DNA of 64,000 bases. Source: Terriglobia bacterium (GTDB lineage: Bacteria; Acidobacteriota; Terriglobia; JAJPHL01; JAPKYU01). A program made the position numbers and the translations under genes. Location: contig CBDBKE010000004.1 in NCBI GenBank assembly GCA_965206645.1, positions 1,664,001 through 1,728,000 of the forward strand, read 5' to 3'. Positions 50,618-62,120 of this stretch are shown piece by piece. The notes under the pieces were generated by a model. That model searched no databases, had not been told where the DNA came from, and saw only the letters and a program-made list of their open reading frames with translations. Each line of letters starts with the position of its first letter. Position 1 is the first letter of the stretch.

Positions 50618-50822
50618 TGTTTCACTAACTCCGGTTGCGGTCCATCGGTTAAGGGATGGCAAGGGTGGAGGCGGAAGCCCTCTCGGGCGAAAAACCCAGG
50701 AAGGTGAATTGCCTTCTTGCAGAGGCTGTGGCCCGACATACGGAAATTGAGACCAATTCGTTGGATTTCCCAGTCGGGCGCATTTCCGAAAGCCACCTAC
50801 CTGGGTCTCTCGCTTCTAGAAC

Positions 50823-51416
50823 TCAGTTTGTTGAGAATAGCCGGAAGGGAACCGGCCCGGGCGCCGTGTGGTCTTCCCCTCCCGGCATTGCAGAACTCTG
50901 GCCAAACCTCCGGCCAAACCTCTGGCGCAGGAGTTTCCTGAAAGAGTGGTGCGGGCGGGGTGGGTGGATAAGCCCGAATGCGGCTAACGGTCCTCCCTGG
51001 GGTGCCAGGAGCACTGCCTGTTGAATCTGGGCCACTTTCTCCTGCTGTTCCAGAGTCAAGACAGCCAATGCGGCTTCATGGTAGGACTGATTCGCCGCCT
51101 GCACCTGCTGCTTCAACCCAAACTGCTGAATCACAATGGCTCCGACCTGGCCGGGCTCCGGGTTGTCGGAGCTGAGCAGTGCGGCCTTCTGCTGTTCCAG
51201 TTCCCGGATTTGCGTCCACAGAGCATGTACTTGTTCGAAATGCGACTGCCTCAAACTTGCTAATTCCTGGGCCTGCAAATCCGTCAGCTCCAAGATGCGC
51301 TGAACAGCCTCCAGCAGTCTCCCCTGATGATCCGCTGTGGGTTCATCCTGTGCTGCCATCGGAATCGAAAACAGGAGCGAGCACACCGCCAGCATGGCAA
51401 ATAACTTGGTTTTCAT
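50823..51416 (-). CDS. Spy/CpxP-like (LTxxQ) periplasmic protein
   Basis: Signal peptide MKTKLFAML. LELTDLQ and VLTLEQQEKV motifs. Confidence 0.7.
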   Translation of the reverse strand: MKTKLFAMLAVCSLLFSIPMAAQDEPTADHQGRLLEAVQRILELTDLQAQELASLRQSHFEQVHALWTQIRELEQQKAALLSSDNPEPGQVGAIVIQQFGLKQQVQAANQSYHEAALAVLTLEQQEKVAQIQQAVLLAPQGGPLAAFGLIHPPRPHHSFRKLLRQRFGRRFGQSSAMPGGEDHTAPGPVPFRLFSTN

Positions 51417-51705
51417 TGACGATCTCCCCTCAAAGTCATTGTCCTTTACAAGATATTGGAAGCCATCCCATCCCAGGCGCATACCCACTCGCATGTTCCC
51501 GAAGAAGATGGCCTTCACAAACAGAAACCCCGGTTGCTTACAGAAGTTGCATTGGAGTTGGCGGAAGTTGCTTTGAGTTCGATTAGCGGACCGCTGAAAG
51601 ACCCAACCCTTGGATCGCTCGCCGACCCGCGCTCGGCAAGAGCGCATTCTGAGCCGCGACCGTCAGGGAGCAGGACGAAGGCGTTTTCCTGCAGCCTGCT
51701 ACCGG

Positions 51706-53094
51706 TCAGCGAGGGAAGCGGACCGAATCCAGCATCTGCTCGAAGGTGGGGCGGAGGGCGCCGAAGTCTTGCTCCGGAGCCACAAACACGATGTACCAGA
51801 GCGTGCCGTCGGGTTGCAAGGTGCAGACCAACCAGTCCATTTCGTTTTCGCCGCGCACCGGCGAGGGCCCCCGCAGCGTCAGGGAAATGGCTCGCTGGCG
51901 GCCTACTCGAGTTCGCTGCCTCCTGCTGATCACCCGCATCCCCGGGTTGCTGTGCTGGAGCTGCTCGATCAGTTGCGAGCTGGCCTGATAGAGACTGATG
52001 CGCCCGTCTTCGTCTCGCTCTGGGTCCAGCTCTGGTTCAAAGATGCTGACCAGGGCACCGTAGGCAATTCCCGAGGTCTCGCGCGAGCGCACAATGCCTT
52101 CGGGCGGCGCGATGGCCTGCACCGAAGTCTGCTTTCCGTGGACCTGCCAGTTGTCCGGGTAGCGGATACGGTACGAGCCGGCGTCGAAGACGCGGAAATT
52201 GCGGCTGGGCAGGCGGGGGTGCTGGTGCTCGCCGCGCTCTTCGTGGCCAAAGTCGCGCTCGCGCCGGGCAACCGGCTGGCGGTTGAGCTGGACGGCCCGC
52301 GACCGGGCACGTCCGAAGTCCGGATTCTCCGCCACCTGATATTTCTGCGGCCCAAGTGTCCTGATTTCTTTGCGCACTTCCTCGACCCGGTTGCCCGGGT
52401 TGGGGTGGCTGGAGAGAAATTCGATCGAGCCGCCGCGCTTCTCGCCTTGCAATTTCTGGAAGAAGCGGGCCATCTCCTGCGGGTCATACCCCGCGTCAAA
52501 AAGCATCTGTGTGCCGATGATGTCGGCCTGGCGTTCCGCATTCCGGGAAAATTTCAGCAGGACAGAGTTGGCGCCGAAGCCGATGCCGAACCTGGCGAGC
52601 TGCCCCACGAGGGACCCAGAGCCGATCACTCCTCCCAGGATTGCCAGCGGCATCTGCGCCAGCATCGCCTTGGAGGCGTTGTTCGTTCCGTGGCGCAGGG
52701 CTACGTGCGCGATCTCGTGTCCCATCACTCCAGCCAGTTGCCCCTCGTTCTCGGCGGCCGCGACCGTTCCGGTGTGCACGTAGATCGGACCGCCCGGCAG
52801 CGCGAACGCATTGATCCGCTTGTCGCGCACCACCTTGAACGTGTAGGGATAGTTGGGCGCCGGCGAATAGCGGGCCAGGCGTCGTCCCAGTTGGCTGACG
52901 TAGGTGTTCATTGATCGGTCCCGGACCAGCGACAGTTGGCGCTCCAGGTCGGCGGCCGCCTCTTTGCCCAACTGAATTTCCTGTTGCTTGGAGAAGAAAT
53001 TCATTCCCGGTTTGACGCGCGTGCGAGCGGCCAGGACCTGCGCCACCAAGACCAAAGCAACCAGCACGGTGAGCAGTGGGCGATATCGCGACAT
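51706..53094 (-). CDS. M48 family metalloprotease
   Basis: INAFALPGG, HEIAH, ERQAD, FLSSHP. Confidence 0.92.
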   Translation of the reverse strand: MSRYRPLLTVLVALVLVAQVLAARTRVKPGMNFFSKQQEIQLGKEAAADLERQLSLVRDRSMNTYVSQLGRRLARYSPAPNYPYTFKVVRDKRINAFALPGGPIYVHTGTVAAAENEGQLAGVMGHEIAHVALRHGTNNASKAMLAQMPLAILGGVIGSGSLVGQLARFGIGFGANSVLLKFSRNAERQADIIGTQMLFDAGYDPQEMARFFQKLQGEKRGGSIEFLSSHPNPGNRVEEVRKEIRTLGPQKYQVAENPDFGRARSRAVQLNRQPVARRERDFGHEERGEHQHPRLPSRNFRVFDAGSYRIRYPDNWQVHGKQTSVQAIAPPEGIVRSRETSGIAYGALVSIFEPELDPERDEDGRISLYQASSQLIEQLQHSNPGMRVISRRQRTRVGRQRAISLTLRGPSPVRGENEMDWLVCTLQPDGTLWYIVFVAPEQDFGALRPTFEQMLDSVRFPR

Positions 53095-53222
53095 GATCTT
53101 TCTCCTGGGCTTCTATCCTGCCACGAACGGCTCCCCAGGGGCTATCTTACAGATGCAGTGCCCGGGCAGCGCGTTTCGCGTTTATTCGTGCTGGCCGCCG
53201 CGGACGGGTTCCTTGGGCCTAC

Positions 53223-53250
53223 CTGACAGCATTGGATTCAATGCTATACT
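53223..53250 (+). promoter_or_regulatory. Probable ilvE promoter with a palindromic spacer
   Basis: CTGACA-N16-TATACT with TG extension. The spacer GCATTG-GATT-CAATGC is a perfect 6-bp inverted repeat. Confidence 0.55.
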
Positions 53251-53279
53251 GATTCGGCGAGAGGGACACCCAACCAGGA

Positions 53280-54230
53280 ATGGCCGTCAAGAAAAGCGAG
53301 AAGATCTGGCATGACGGGCAGTTCATCCCCTGGGACGAGGCACAGATCCACGTGCTGTCCCATGTGGTGAACTACGGATCTGCGGTCTTCGAGGGGATGA
53401 GGTGTTACGCCACGTCCAACGGGCCGGCGATCTTCCGCTTGAAGGAGCACGTCGAGCGGTTGTTCAACTCTGCCAAGATCTACCGCATGCAAATCGGCCA
53501 TTCACGGGAGCAGCTGACGGAAGCGATGCGGGAGCTGGTGCGGGTCAACCACCTGGAGGCCTGCTACGTGCGGCCCATCGTGCTGCGCGGGTACGGCGAC
53601 ATGGGGGTGTACCCAGGCAACTGTCCGGTCGAGGTGTTCCTGGCCTGCTGGGAATGGGGCAAGTACCTGGGCAAAGAAGCGCTGGAGCAAGGCACCGACG
53701 TTTGCATCAGCTCCTGGAACCGGATGGCGCCCAACACGCTGCCGGCCATGTCCAAGGCGGCCGCCAACTACATGAACTCGCAGTTGATCCGGATGGAGGC
53801 GATGGCCAACGGCTACGCCGAAGGCATCGCCCTGGACGTGAACGGATTCATCAGCGAAGGGAGCGGGGAGAACGTCTTCGTGGTAAAAGACGGGACGATG
53901 CACACGCCTCCGCTGGCCTCGGCGATTCTGCCCGGCATCACCCGGGACACCGTGCTGCGGCTGGCGCGGGACTTGGGCATTCCCGTAGTTGAGCAGGTCA
54001 TTCCGCGCGAGGCTCTCTACATTGCCGACGAGGTCATTTTCAGCGGCACCGCCGTCGAAATTACCCCAGTGCGCTCGGTGGACAAGATTTCGATCGGCAG
54101 CGGTAGTCGCGGCCCGATCACTCACGCGCTACAGGAAGAATTTTTCGCCATTATCGAAGGGCGGAAACCTGACCGTCACGGCTGGCTCTGGCCGATCAAC
54201 GTCAAGCAGCCAACCCCCGCATTGCGCTGA
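53280..54230 (+). CDS. ilvE: Branched-chain amino acid aminotransferase
   Basis: [42 protein letters not shown]. Confidence 0.95.
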   Translation: MAVKKSEKIWHDGQFIPWDEAQIHVLSHVVNYGSAVFEGMRCYATSNGPAIFRLKEHVERLFNSAKIYRMQIGHSREQLTEAMRELVRVNHLEACYVRPIVLRGYGDMGVYPGNCPVEVFLACWEWGKYLGKEALEQGTDVCISSWNRMAPNTLPAMSKAAANYMNSQLIRMEAMANGYAEGIALDVNGFISEGSGENVFVVKDGTMHTPPLASAILPGITRDTVLRLARDLGIPVVEQVIPREALYIADEVIFSGTAVEITPVRSVDKISIGSGSRGPITHALQEEFFAIIEGRKPDRHGWLWPINVKQPTPALR

Positions 54231-54344
54231 AGCCCCGAGGGGGTACCCCCTGTGGTCCCGGCCCGACACCAACTGGATGCCAATGTGGAACGCAACCCAG
54301 CCGCGTTGCGCGGCTGGCAAAACTTGAGGGAAGGTGAGGTCTCC

Positions 54345-55387
54345 ATGCGTCGCAAATCCTTTGTCGCAATTCTCGTTGTTTTGCTAGCAGTGACAGGTCC
54401 CCTGATGGGGCGCGGCAGCCAGCAGCCCGCCTTAGCAGATATCGTTCAACGGAACAACGCCAACCTGGGGCTCCTGCCGGCGGAGGCGAACGTCCTGTTT
54501 GGCCTAGACCTGGACGGGCTGCTCTCCTCGGCTGCCTTTGCTACTGTGCGGTCGCGCGTCGAGGAGGCAAAGGACGACCCCGGGCACAGTAGTTTTAAGG
54601 CTGACACCGGCTTGGATGTGTTGCGCGAGTGACGGGCGCGCTCTGGAGCCTCTCGGGTGGGAAGATGCCAGACTCGGCAAGGGGTCTAGTGGTTGTGACG
54701 GCCGAGTATGATCGCTCGAAAATTTCTGGGCTCCTGCGGCAAAAGTCTGATGCGCCGGAGCTCTACCGGGACTTCGGAATCTGGATGATAGAGAAGGAAC
54801 CGCCTGAGTCTAAGAGCGAGTCAGTGACGGCAGTGCTGCTGGACGACCAGACAATCCTGCTGGGCACAGCATCGGCGGTGAAGCAGTCGCTGGACCTGAA
54901 GCTGGGACCCGGCTCCAGCGTGCTGAACAATGGTGAATTGGTTGAGCAGTTGCAGAGGTTGGGGTCGGAGAACCAGCTTTGGGCCGTCGCCCTCACTCCT
55001 GGGGATTTGCTGAAGGCAGCTGGTAGTCCCCCGCCCGGGCAGGCCAATGTGTTTCAGTTGCTGCAGCGAATCGAAGCCACCACCTTCGCCCTCAAGGTCA
55101 CCTCCGGACTGCGACTGTTCCTCGAGGGCACCTTCGGCAACGAGCAGGATGCTGGCACCCTGAACGATCTTGCGCGTGGCTTCCTGGCGACAATGCGGCT
55201 GAGCGCTCCCTCCGACCGCCCCGAACCGCTCGAGCTTCTGAATACTTTAGACGTGCAGCAGGAGGCGAGCGCAGTGCGCATTACTGTCGACATCCCCCAA
55301 GAACTGCTGGAGAAGCTGGCGGCGAACCCTGAGTCGTTCTCTCCCAGCTCGCCCAGCCGAAAGCGACCCCGCCAAGAGAAAGAATAG
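54345..55387 (+). pseudogene. Exported hypothetical protein split by a frameshift near 54630
   Basis: Signal-peptide ORF 54345-54632 overlaps ORF 54629-55387, which starts with an SD-less GTG. The sequence reads as one protein across the junction. Confidence 0.55.
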
Positions 55388-55395
55388 CGAAATTT

Positions 55396-57987
55396 CTACC
55401 TGCGCCGCCAGATGAGCAGTCCGATCGCTGCTGCCGTGGCCAGCGTGATTGCAACTCCCCAATACAGTGATCGGGGCCGATAGCGGAAGATCACCCGGTG
55501 AGATCCGGGCGTCAGCGGCACGGCACGAAAGATCAGATTCGCGCGCAGCAACCGGCCAGGTCGGCCGTCCACACTCACTTGCCACTCGTCGTTGTAGCTG
55601 TCGGTGAGCACCAGGTAGGCGGGCACGAACGCTACCGCCTGGATTTCGACACGCAACGCGTCGCGATGCAAGATGCGGGCTTCGCCAGCCGGTTCTCCCT
55701 CCCTGGCCGGAGGCTCCAGTGTTTCCTGCAGGTTTCTTCCATCGCGCTCCAAGATCACCTGGGTGTTGGGATCAAACCCGGCCGATGCCAGGCGCAGCAG
55801 ACTGGGCAACTCTGCCGGGAACACCTCGGCCTTGCGAGCCGCAATCAGGTAGGCGCGTGGCAGCACATCCATCACACGATAGGCACTGACGGGGAAGCGG
55901 GTCTCATTCGGAAACGTTCCCACCAAGGCGAAGCGGGCGTCAGGCTTGGGCTCCCAGTGGCGTAACAGCGCGTACTCGACGCTACCGATGGACAGCAGCC
56001 GCGCCAGCGGCATGTTGGGCGGGGGGGGTCAGGTAGACCAGATTGTTCAGGAGGGCCTGCGGCTTCGGGAGCACGATCTCCGGATCTGCCGTGTAGCTGT
56101 TTTCCACGCCCAAGGTTCCCGCGCTGATCTGCAGGCTCAGGCGTAGCGTGTAGGGCAACTGTGCGGTGGCAGGAAGAAAATCCAACTCTACAGGATTCCG
56201 CAGAAGGAAACGGGAGGGAAGATTCTGCACAACCGGCTGCGGTTCAGCAAAGACGCGCAGCGGCGGACTTTCACTCTTCAGCCTTTCCAGAACGGGTGGC
56301 CTGTCGTCGAGAAAGCGCCGGTGAACGACTGGATTCACCATCCGGTGGTTTAGCATCAACAGGAGGACCCCGACCGCGCCGGCGAACCCTACCAGAAACG
56401 AGCGAAACCACCCCTCGATCAGCCAAGGATTCGCGCCTGAGGACGATGGCCAGCGGCAGAATACGAGGGCAGCAATCAGCAGCACTGGAAGCAACACATA
56501 CGGCAATTGCTGCGGAATCGCGGACGTGAGCCACAATGCAGCGCGCTCAACGGTTTCTGCGTGATTCATCTCCAGCACTTGCCGGAGGTTGAGCACGAAG
56601 GTGTGGTGAAACTGGATTTCGGCCAGCCTTCGGGCTGCCTGTCCGGCGTCGTCCGGGAGCAACCGCACACAAGCAGCCAGCAGCAGCCAGACGACCCCTA
56701 GGCCCACTCCGCCGCCACCCAGCCACAGCAGGCGGCGAGCCTGCCGCTCCGTGGGTTTTTCCGCTGCCAGGTAGTGGATGCCGATCGCCGCCAGTTGGGA
56801 TACGGCCAACGCTACCGGCACCAGCAACTTGACCGGAAACCGAACGATCTGGAAGACGGGCAAAACGTAATAGAGCACGTATGAAAAGGGAGTGAAGCTC
56901 CCGAGCGCGATCAGCAGCGCCAGCACGCCGGCGACCCCCCAGAAGCGCGTCGCCCGCAAGTGCGTGACATGGTCCCGGCGCACCAGCACGGCCACCAGCG
57001 CGAGCCCGAGCGGGATGATTCCTATGAAGAGCGACAACAAGAGGGGTTCCCGGCCATCCAGGTAGAGCCAAGGCAGATGCCAGTGGGAAAGCGCATCCCC
57101 AAAAAACGCGGCAAAAGCACGTCCAACAACTTCAGTGGGTGCAGAGACCAGAAGAAGCTGTCTGCAAAGCTGAGGGGCGCGCGGGCCGTTTTACTCAGAT
57201 GCCACAGCGCGGGAAGCAGTTGCATAGCCGAAAGTCCGGCCGTTAGCAGCAGGCCAACAAGGAAGCGGCCGGCCAGGACCCGATTAACCGTGGACTGGAT
57301 TGGGCCGCGCCAATCGGCATAGAACCCCATCACCCACCCCAGCGCCAACGCAACTGTGGCCATGCTGGTTAACGGCTCGCCGGCAAAGAACTGCATCGTG
57401 AGGGCGCCGGAAAACAGCCCGGCTCCGAGCCAGCCGCCGCGGCGCATCTGGTAATCGGCAGCTAGGATCGCCAAGGGCATCCAGGCCGCCGCCGCCAACA
57501 TGTTGTAGAAATTGCCCAGGGACATGACCGGGCCGCTGAAGACGAACACCGCCCCGGCCGCGTAGCAGGCGGCGGGCCTCAGCCCGATTCGCCGCGCCAG
57601 CAGGAAGGCGCCCGCCGCCAGCAAGAAGAAGTGCAGCACGTAGTGGAGCTTGAAGCCGTAGGCTGGTGGCAGCACCCAGGCCAACCAGGTGGTCGGGTAG
57701 AACAACAGGTAGTTCGGGTTGGCAATGACAGATTCCCCGAAGTGTTCAAAGGGGTTCCACAGAGGTGGCAGCCCGGAGTGCACAATTGCACGCAGCTCCG
57801 CGACCCTCGGGTAGTGAGCGTAAGAGATGTCCCGGTAGAACAGGACGTCGGTCGTAAAAAGGTGGCGCCAAAAGAAACACGCAACCGTCAACATGAGCGC
57901 GCCAAATGCTGCCCAATGTCTTCGACTCATCTTTTCCGGATGGTGCTGCACGCCTTGCATCGCTGTTCGCGTCTGCAGTTCCGACAC
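55396..57987 (-). pseudogene. YfhO-family (GT-C-like) membrane protein, split by two homopolymer frameshifts
   Basis: PLWNPFEHFGESVIANP..FYP N-terminus and LVLTDSY..W..SVDG..RANLIFRAV..G.H.V.FRY C-terminus. Frame breaks at A6 (57101-57106) and G8 (56021-56028). Confidence 0.8.
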
Positions 57988-58143
57988 CGTGGCGGCTATG
58001 AACCTGACAGATTACTGCAGAACGGATGAAGACCCCTACGATGTTTCTGAAGGCCTTTGGGCTAGCGCAAAGGGTCCTAGCCAGATAGACGACAAGCCGC
58101 GACTCTCGTCTATAATGGGGCCCCACATCCACGTGAGTAAGAT

Positions 58144-59628
58144 ATGGCATACGAGAATTTACGCGCGTTCATTCGCGCGCTCGAACAGGCCGGGGAGCTG
58201 AAGCGCATCGGGGTGGAAGTGGACCCGGTGCTGGAGATTGCCGAAATCACCGACCGCGTCAGCAAGCAAGGCGGGCCGGCCCTGCTGTTTGAAAACCCCA
58301 AGGGCTACCGGATCCCGGTGCTGATCAACACCTTCGGCTCGGCCCGGCGCATGAACCTGGCGCTGGGGGTGGACTCGCTGGAGCAGGTGGCCGACCGCAT
58401 CCGCCAGTACCTGGACTTCAAGTCACCCGCGAGCCTGCTGGAAAAGATCAAGATGCTGCCGAAGCTGGCGGAGATCGGCGCCTTCTTCCCCCGCACGGTG
58501 CGTAGCGGGCCCTGCAAGGAGATGGTGAAACGCGACAACTTCTCGGTGCTGGATTTTCCCGTCATCCAGTGCTGGCCGCAAGACGCCGGCCGTTTCATCA
58601 CCTTCCCGGTGGTGTTCTCCCGCAACCCGGAAACGGGCAAACGCAACGCCGGCTGCTACCGCATGCAGGTGTTTGACGAGCGCACCACAGCCATGCACTG
58701 GCAACTGCACAAGCACGGCGCCGAGCATTTCCGGCGGGCGCAGGCAGCCCAGGCCGGCGCAACGCCCCGCTCAGCGCCCGGCGCGACGCCCGCCGCCAAA
58801 ATGGAAGTGGCGGTGGCCATCGGCAGCGACCCGGCAGTGATGCTCTCCGGCGTGCTGCCGCTGCCACCGGATCTGGACGAATTGCTCTTCGCCGGCTTCC
58901 TGCGCCAGAAGCCGGTGGATCTGGTGCGCTGCGAGACAGTAGACCTGGAGGTGCCGGCCAACAGCGAAATCGTGCTGGAGGGCTACGTGCGCTTGGATGA
59001 GCTGCGTACCGAAGGGCCCTTCGGCGACCACACCGGCTTCTACTCGCTTGCCGACCAATACCCGGTGTTCCACATCACCTGCATCACCCACCGCAAGGAT
59101 CCCATTTACGCCACCACCATTGTCGGCCCGCCGCCCATGGAAGACTTCTGGATGGGACACGCCATCGAGCGCATCTTCCTGCCGCTGATGCGGCTGCAAC
59201 TGCCCGAGATCGTGGACGTCTCCATGCCCGCCGAGGGCATCTTCCACAACCTGATGCTGGTGGCCATGCGCAAGTCCTACCCGGGACAGGCACGCAAGGT
59301 GATGAGCGCCATCTGGGGCTTGGGGCAGGCTATGTTCACCAAGTGCATTGTGGTGGTGGACCACGATGTGGACGTGCAGAATCCGCGCGAGGTGGTCTGG
59401 AAGGCGCTGAATCACATTGACCCCGAGCGCGATATCCAGTTCACTTTCGGGCCCATTGATTCGCTGGATCACGCCAGCCGGCTTCCCAACTACGGCTCCA
59501 AGATGGGCGTGGATGCCACGCGCAAGTGGCCCACAGAAGGTTTTACCCGGCCCTGGCCCGACGAGATGAGGATGAGCCCTGAAGTGAAGGCCCGGGTGGA
59601 CGCCCTGTGGAAGGACCTGGGACTGTGA
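58144..59628 (+). CDS. ubiD: UbiD-family decarboxylase (menaquinone-pathway type)
   Basis: LEIAEI, GPALLFE, NAGCYRMQ, EGPFGDHTGFY, GPPPMED, LDHAS, GSKMGVDAT. Confidence 0.9.
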   Translation: MAYENLRAFIRALEQAGELKRIGVEVDPVLEIAEITDRVSKQGGPALLFENPKGYRIPVLINTFGSARRMNLALGVDSLEQVADRIRQYLDFKSPASLLEKIKMLPKLAEIGAFFPRTVRSGPCKEMVKRDNFSVLDFPVIQCWPQDAGRFITFPVVFSRNPETGKRNAGCYRMQVFDERTTAMHWQLHKHGAEHFRRAQAAQAGATPRSAPGATPAAKMEVAVAIGSDPAVMLSGVLPLPPDLDELLFAGFLRQKPVDLVRCETVDLEVPANSEIVLEGYVRLDELRTEGPFGDHTGFYSLADQYPVFHITCITHRKDPIYATTIVGPPPMEDFWMGHAIERIFLPLMRLQLPEIVDVSMPAEGIFHNLMLVAMRKSYPGQARKVMSAIWGLGQAMFTKCIVVVDHDVDVQNPREVVWKALNHIDPERDIQFTFGPIDSLDHASRLPNYGSKMGVDATRKWPTEGFTRPWPDEMRMSPEVKARVDALWKDLGL

Positions 59629-59771
59629 GTATTACTCGTGCCGGATGCATCACTCTCGGGCTCAAGCTCTCCAGCCCTCATCCGCGCCGCTTTTGACAAG
59701 CAAGGCGATCCACCGTAAGCTGTTTCCTAGGTGCCACTCAAGCTCGGCTCCAACCTGAGATTCATGCGGTC

Positions 59772-62120
59772 ATGGTTCCGTTTGCGGCCACCTCGATGAC
59801 AGTCCAGACCAGCCACTGCCTGCTGGCGGTGTTGCTGGCGACGGCACTGGCCTGTCCGGCTTTCCCTGCAGGCACAACCTTCTGGCAGATGGACACCGGC
59901 GCCGACTTTGCTCGCGGCACCTTCACCGGAGTTTCCCTCAGCCGCGACGGCAAGCTGTCGGTGGCGCCCCGGCTGGAAGAAGTTTTCTCGACTGGCCAGG
60001 CGTTGGTTTGGGCCGTGGTCGAAGACCGCGCCAGCAACCTTTACCTGGGCACCGGCCACGCGGGAAAAGTGTTCAAGCTGGATGTGGAGATGAAGGCTCA
60101 GGAGTTCTTTGACGCACCCGAGCCCGACGTATTTGCGCTGGCGGTGGACCGCGACAACAACCTTTACGTGGGTACTTCTCCGGACGGCAAAGTCTACAAG
60201 GTCTCGCGGGATGGCAAGGCGCAGGAGTTCTTTAACCCGCAGGCCAAGTACATCTGGGCGTTGGTGGTAACACCGGAAGGCATGCTCTACGTCGGCACTG
60301 GCGACCGCGGCCGCATTTACCGCGTCTCGCCCGACGGCACCGGGTCGCTTTTCTTCGACACTCAGCAGACCCACGTCATGTCGCTGGCGCTGGGGCCGGA
60401 ACAAGCGCTGGTAGCCGGCAGCGAGCCCAACGGGCTGCTCTACCGCATCTCGCCTGCGGGAAAAGCGTTTGTGCTCTATGATGCGCCCCTGGAGGAAATC
60501 CATAACGTAGTCGTCGGGCCGGACGGCAGCGTGCTGGCGGCGGCGATGGCCCGAGGGCGGCGCGGGCTCGGCAGCACCGGCGTTGCCGTGGTTCCCGGCG
60601 GCCAGAGCGCAGCGGTCTCAGTCACCATCAGCGCCAAGGCTGTTCCCTCCCCGAGCCCGGAGGACCAAAAGAAGCTGCAGGAGGCTCGCAAGGCGGCGGA
60701 GGGGGCGGCGCAGCAGGCGGCAAGCGCCGCTGCGACCTTCGCCACTCCGAGGGTGCATTTCCCCGGGGTGACTTGCAGCGCTATCTACCGGGTCGCCACT
60801 GATGGCAGTGTGGAAGAGATGTGGAGCTCCGAGCGGGAGAGCGTCTATGGCATCCTGCCGGCCGCCGAAGGCCTGTTGTTCTCCACTGACGAGCGGGGCC
60901 GTGTGTACCGATTGAACGCCGAGAAGCAGATCACACTGCTGGTGGAAACCGAGGAAGAGCAAACGACCCGCCTGCTTCGCCGAGGCTCCGACGTGCTGGT
61001 TGCCACCAGCAATTTCGGCAAACTGTTCCGCCTGGGCACCACACCCGACAAGCACGGTTCCTACGAGTCGCCAGTGCAAGACACTGGCCGAATTTCCCGC
61101 TGGGGGAAGCTCAGTTGGCGCGCCGGGGTGCCGGCCGGCACGCGTGTCGAGTTCCTCACCCGCAGCGGTAATTCTTCCACCCCAGACCACATCTGGAGTG
61201 AGTGGACGCAGACCTCCGACCCTGGTGCCGTGGGTGGCCGGGAGGACCTGTTCGACCAACAGGTGAAGAGTCCGCCTGCCCGATATCTGCAGTGGAAGGC
61301 GGTGCTCCGCTCTGCCGAGGGACGCTCGCCCAGCCTGGAAGAAGTTTCCGTAGCCTACCTGCCGCAGAACCGGGCGCCGATCATCCGCTCGGTCAAGGTG
61401 GCTCGGGCCATCCTACCCGCGCCGGTGCCCCAGCCTGGTTCGCTCGCCGCGCCCGCTGCTGCCCGTGCGAGCACCGAGCCCATGGTGGTGGTCGTACGGG
61501 ACACCGTCACCGCTTCGGAGAAACGCGGAGCGCCTCAGGTGTCCACGCCCAAACCCGGTCCGGCTCAGAGGAGGGCCAGGCAATCCGGCATCACAATCGC
61601 CTGGCAGGCTGAAGACCCGGACGGCGACCGGATGAGCTTCAACCTCTACATCCGGGGCGAGGGCGAAACCCAATGGAAGCTGCTAAAAGAGAACCTGAAC
61701 AAGTTCCGCTTCCAGCCGGAGCCGGAAAGCCTGCCGGACGGCAAGTACCAGGTCCGCCTGGTCGCTTCCGATGCTCAGGGCAATCCGCCCCAGACCGCCC
61801 GCAGCGCAGAGGAACGGAGCGCGCCGTTTTTGATTGACAACACGCCGCCTCAGGTCCGGCTCCTGACACAGCAAAGGAAAGGGAGTGCAGCGCAGGTGCA
61901 TTTCCGGGTAACGGACGCCGCCTCGGTCTTGCGGCGTGCGGAATACTCAGTGGACGCCGGTCCCTGGCTGCCGGTTTATTCCCAGGACGGGATTGTGGAC
62001 TCGCGCCTGGAAGATTTTGTTCTCCGGGTAGAGAACCTCAAACCCGGGGAGCACCTGGTGGTACTACGAGCTTATGATCTTGGGGACAATGCGGGCATGG
62101 GGAAGGCAGTCTTGAAATAG
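59772..62120 (+). CDS. Secreted beta-propeller (WD40/NHL-like) repeat protein with Ig-like C-terminus
   Basis: Signal peptide and repeats LYLGTGHAGKVF / LYVGTSPDGKVY / LYVGTGDRGRIY. AEDPDGD, LPDGKY, IDNTPP. Confidence 0.75.
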   Translation: MVPFAATSMTVQTSHCLLAVLLATALACPAFPAGTTFWQMDTGADFARGTFTGVSLSRDGKLSVAPRLEEVFSTGQALVWAVVEDRASNLYLGTGHAGKVFKLDVEMKAQEFFDAPEPDVFALAVDRDNNLYVGTSPDGKVYKVSRDGKAQEFFNPQAKYIWALVVTPEGMLYVGTGDRGRIYRVSPDGTGSLFFDTQQTHVMSLALGPEQALVAGSEPNGLLYRISPAGKAFVLYDAPLEEIHNVVVGPDGSVLAAAMARGRRGLGSTGVAVVPGGQSAAVSVTISAKAVPSPSPEDQKKLQEARKAAEGAAQQAASAAATFATPRVHFPGVTCSAIYRVATDGSVEEMWSSERESVYGILPAAEGLLFSTDERGRVYRLNAEKQITLLVETEEEQTTRLLRRGSDVLVATSNFGKLFRLGTTPDKHGSYESPVQDTGRISRWGKLSWRAGVPAGTRVEFLTRSGNSSTPDHIWSEWTQTSDPGAVGGREDLFDQQVKSPPARYLQWKAVLRSAEGRSPSLEEVSVAYLPQNRAPIIRSVKVARAILPAPVPQPGSLAAPAAARASTEPMVVVVRDTVTASEKRGAPQVSTPKPGPAQRRARQSGITIAWQAEDPDGDRMSFNLYIRGEGETQWKLLKENLNKFRFQPEPESLPDGKYQVRLVASDAQGNPPQTARSAEERSAPFLIDNTPPQVRLLTQQRKGSAAQVHFRVTDAASVLRRAEYSVDAGPWLPVYSQDGIVDSRLEDFVLRVENLKPGEHLVVLRAYDLGDNAGMGKAVLK

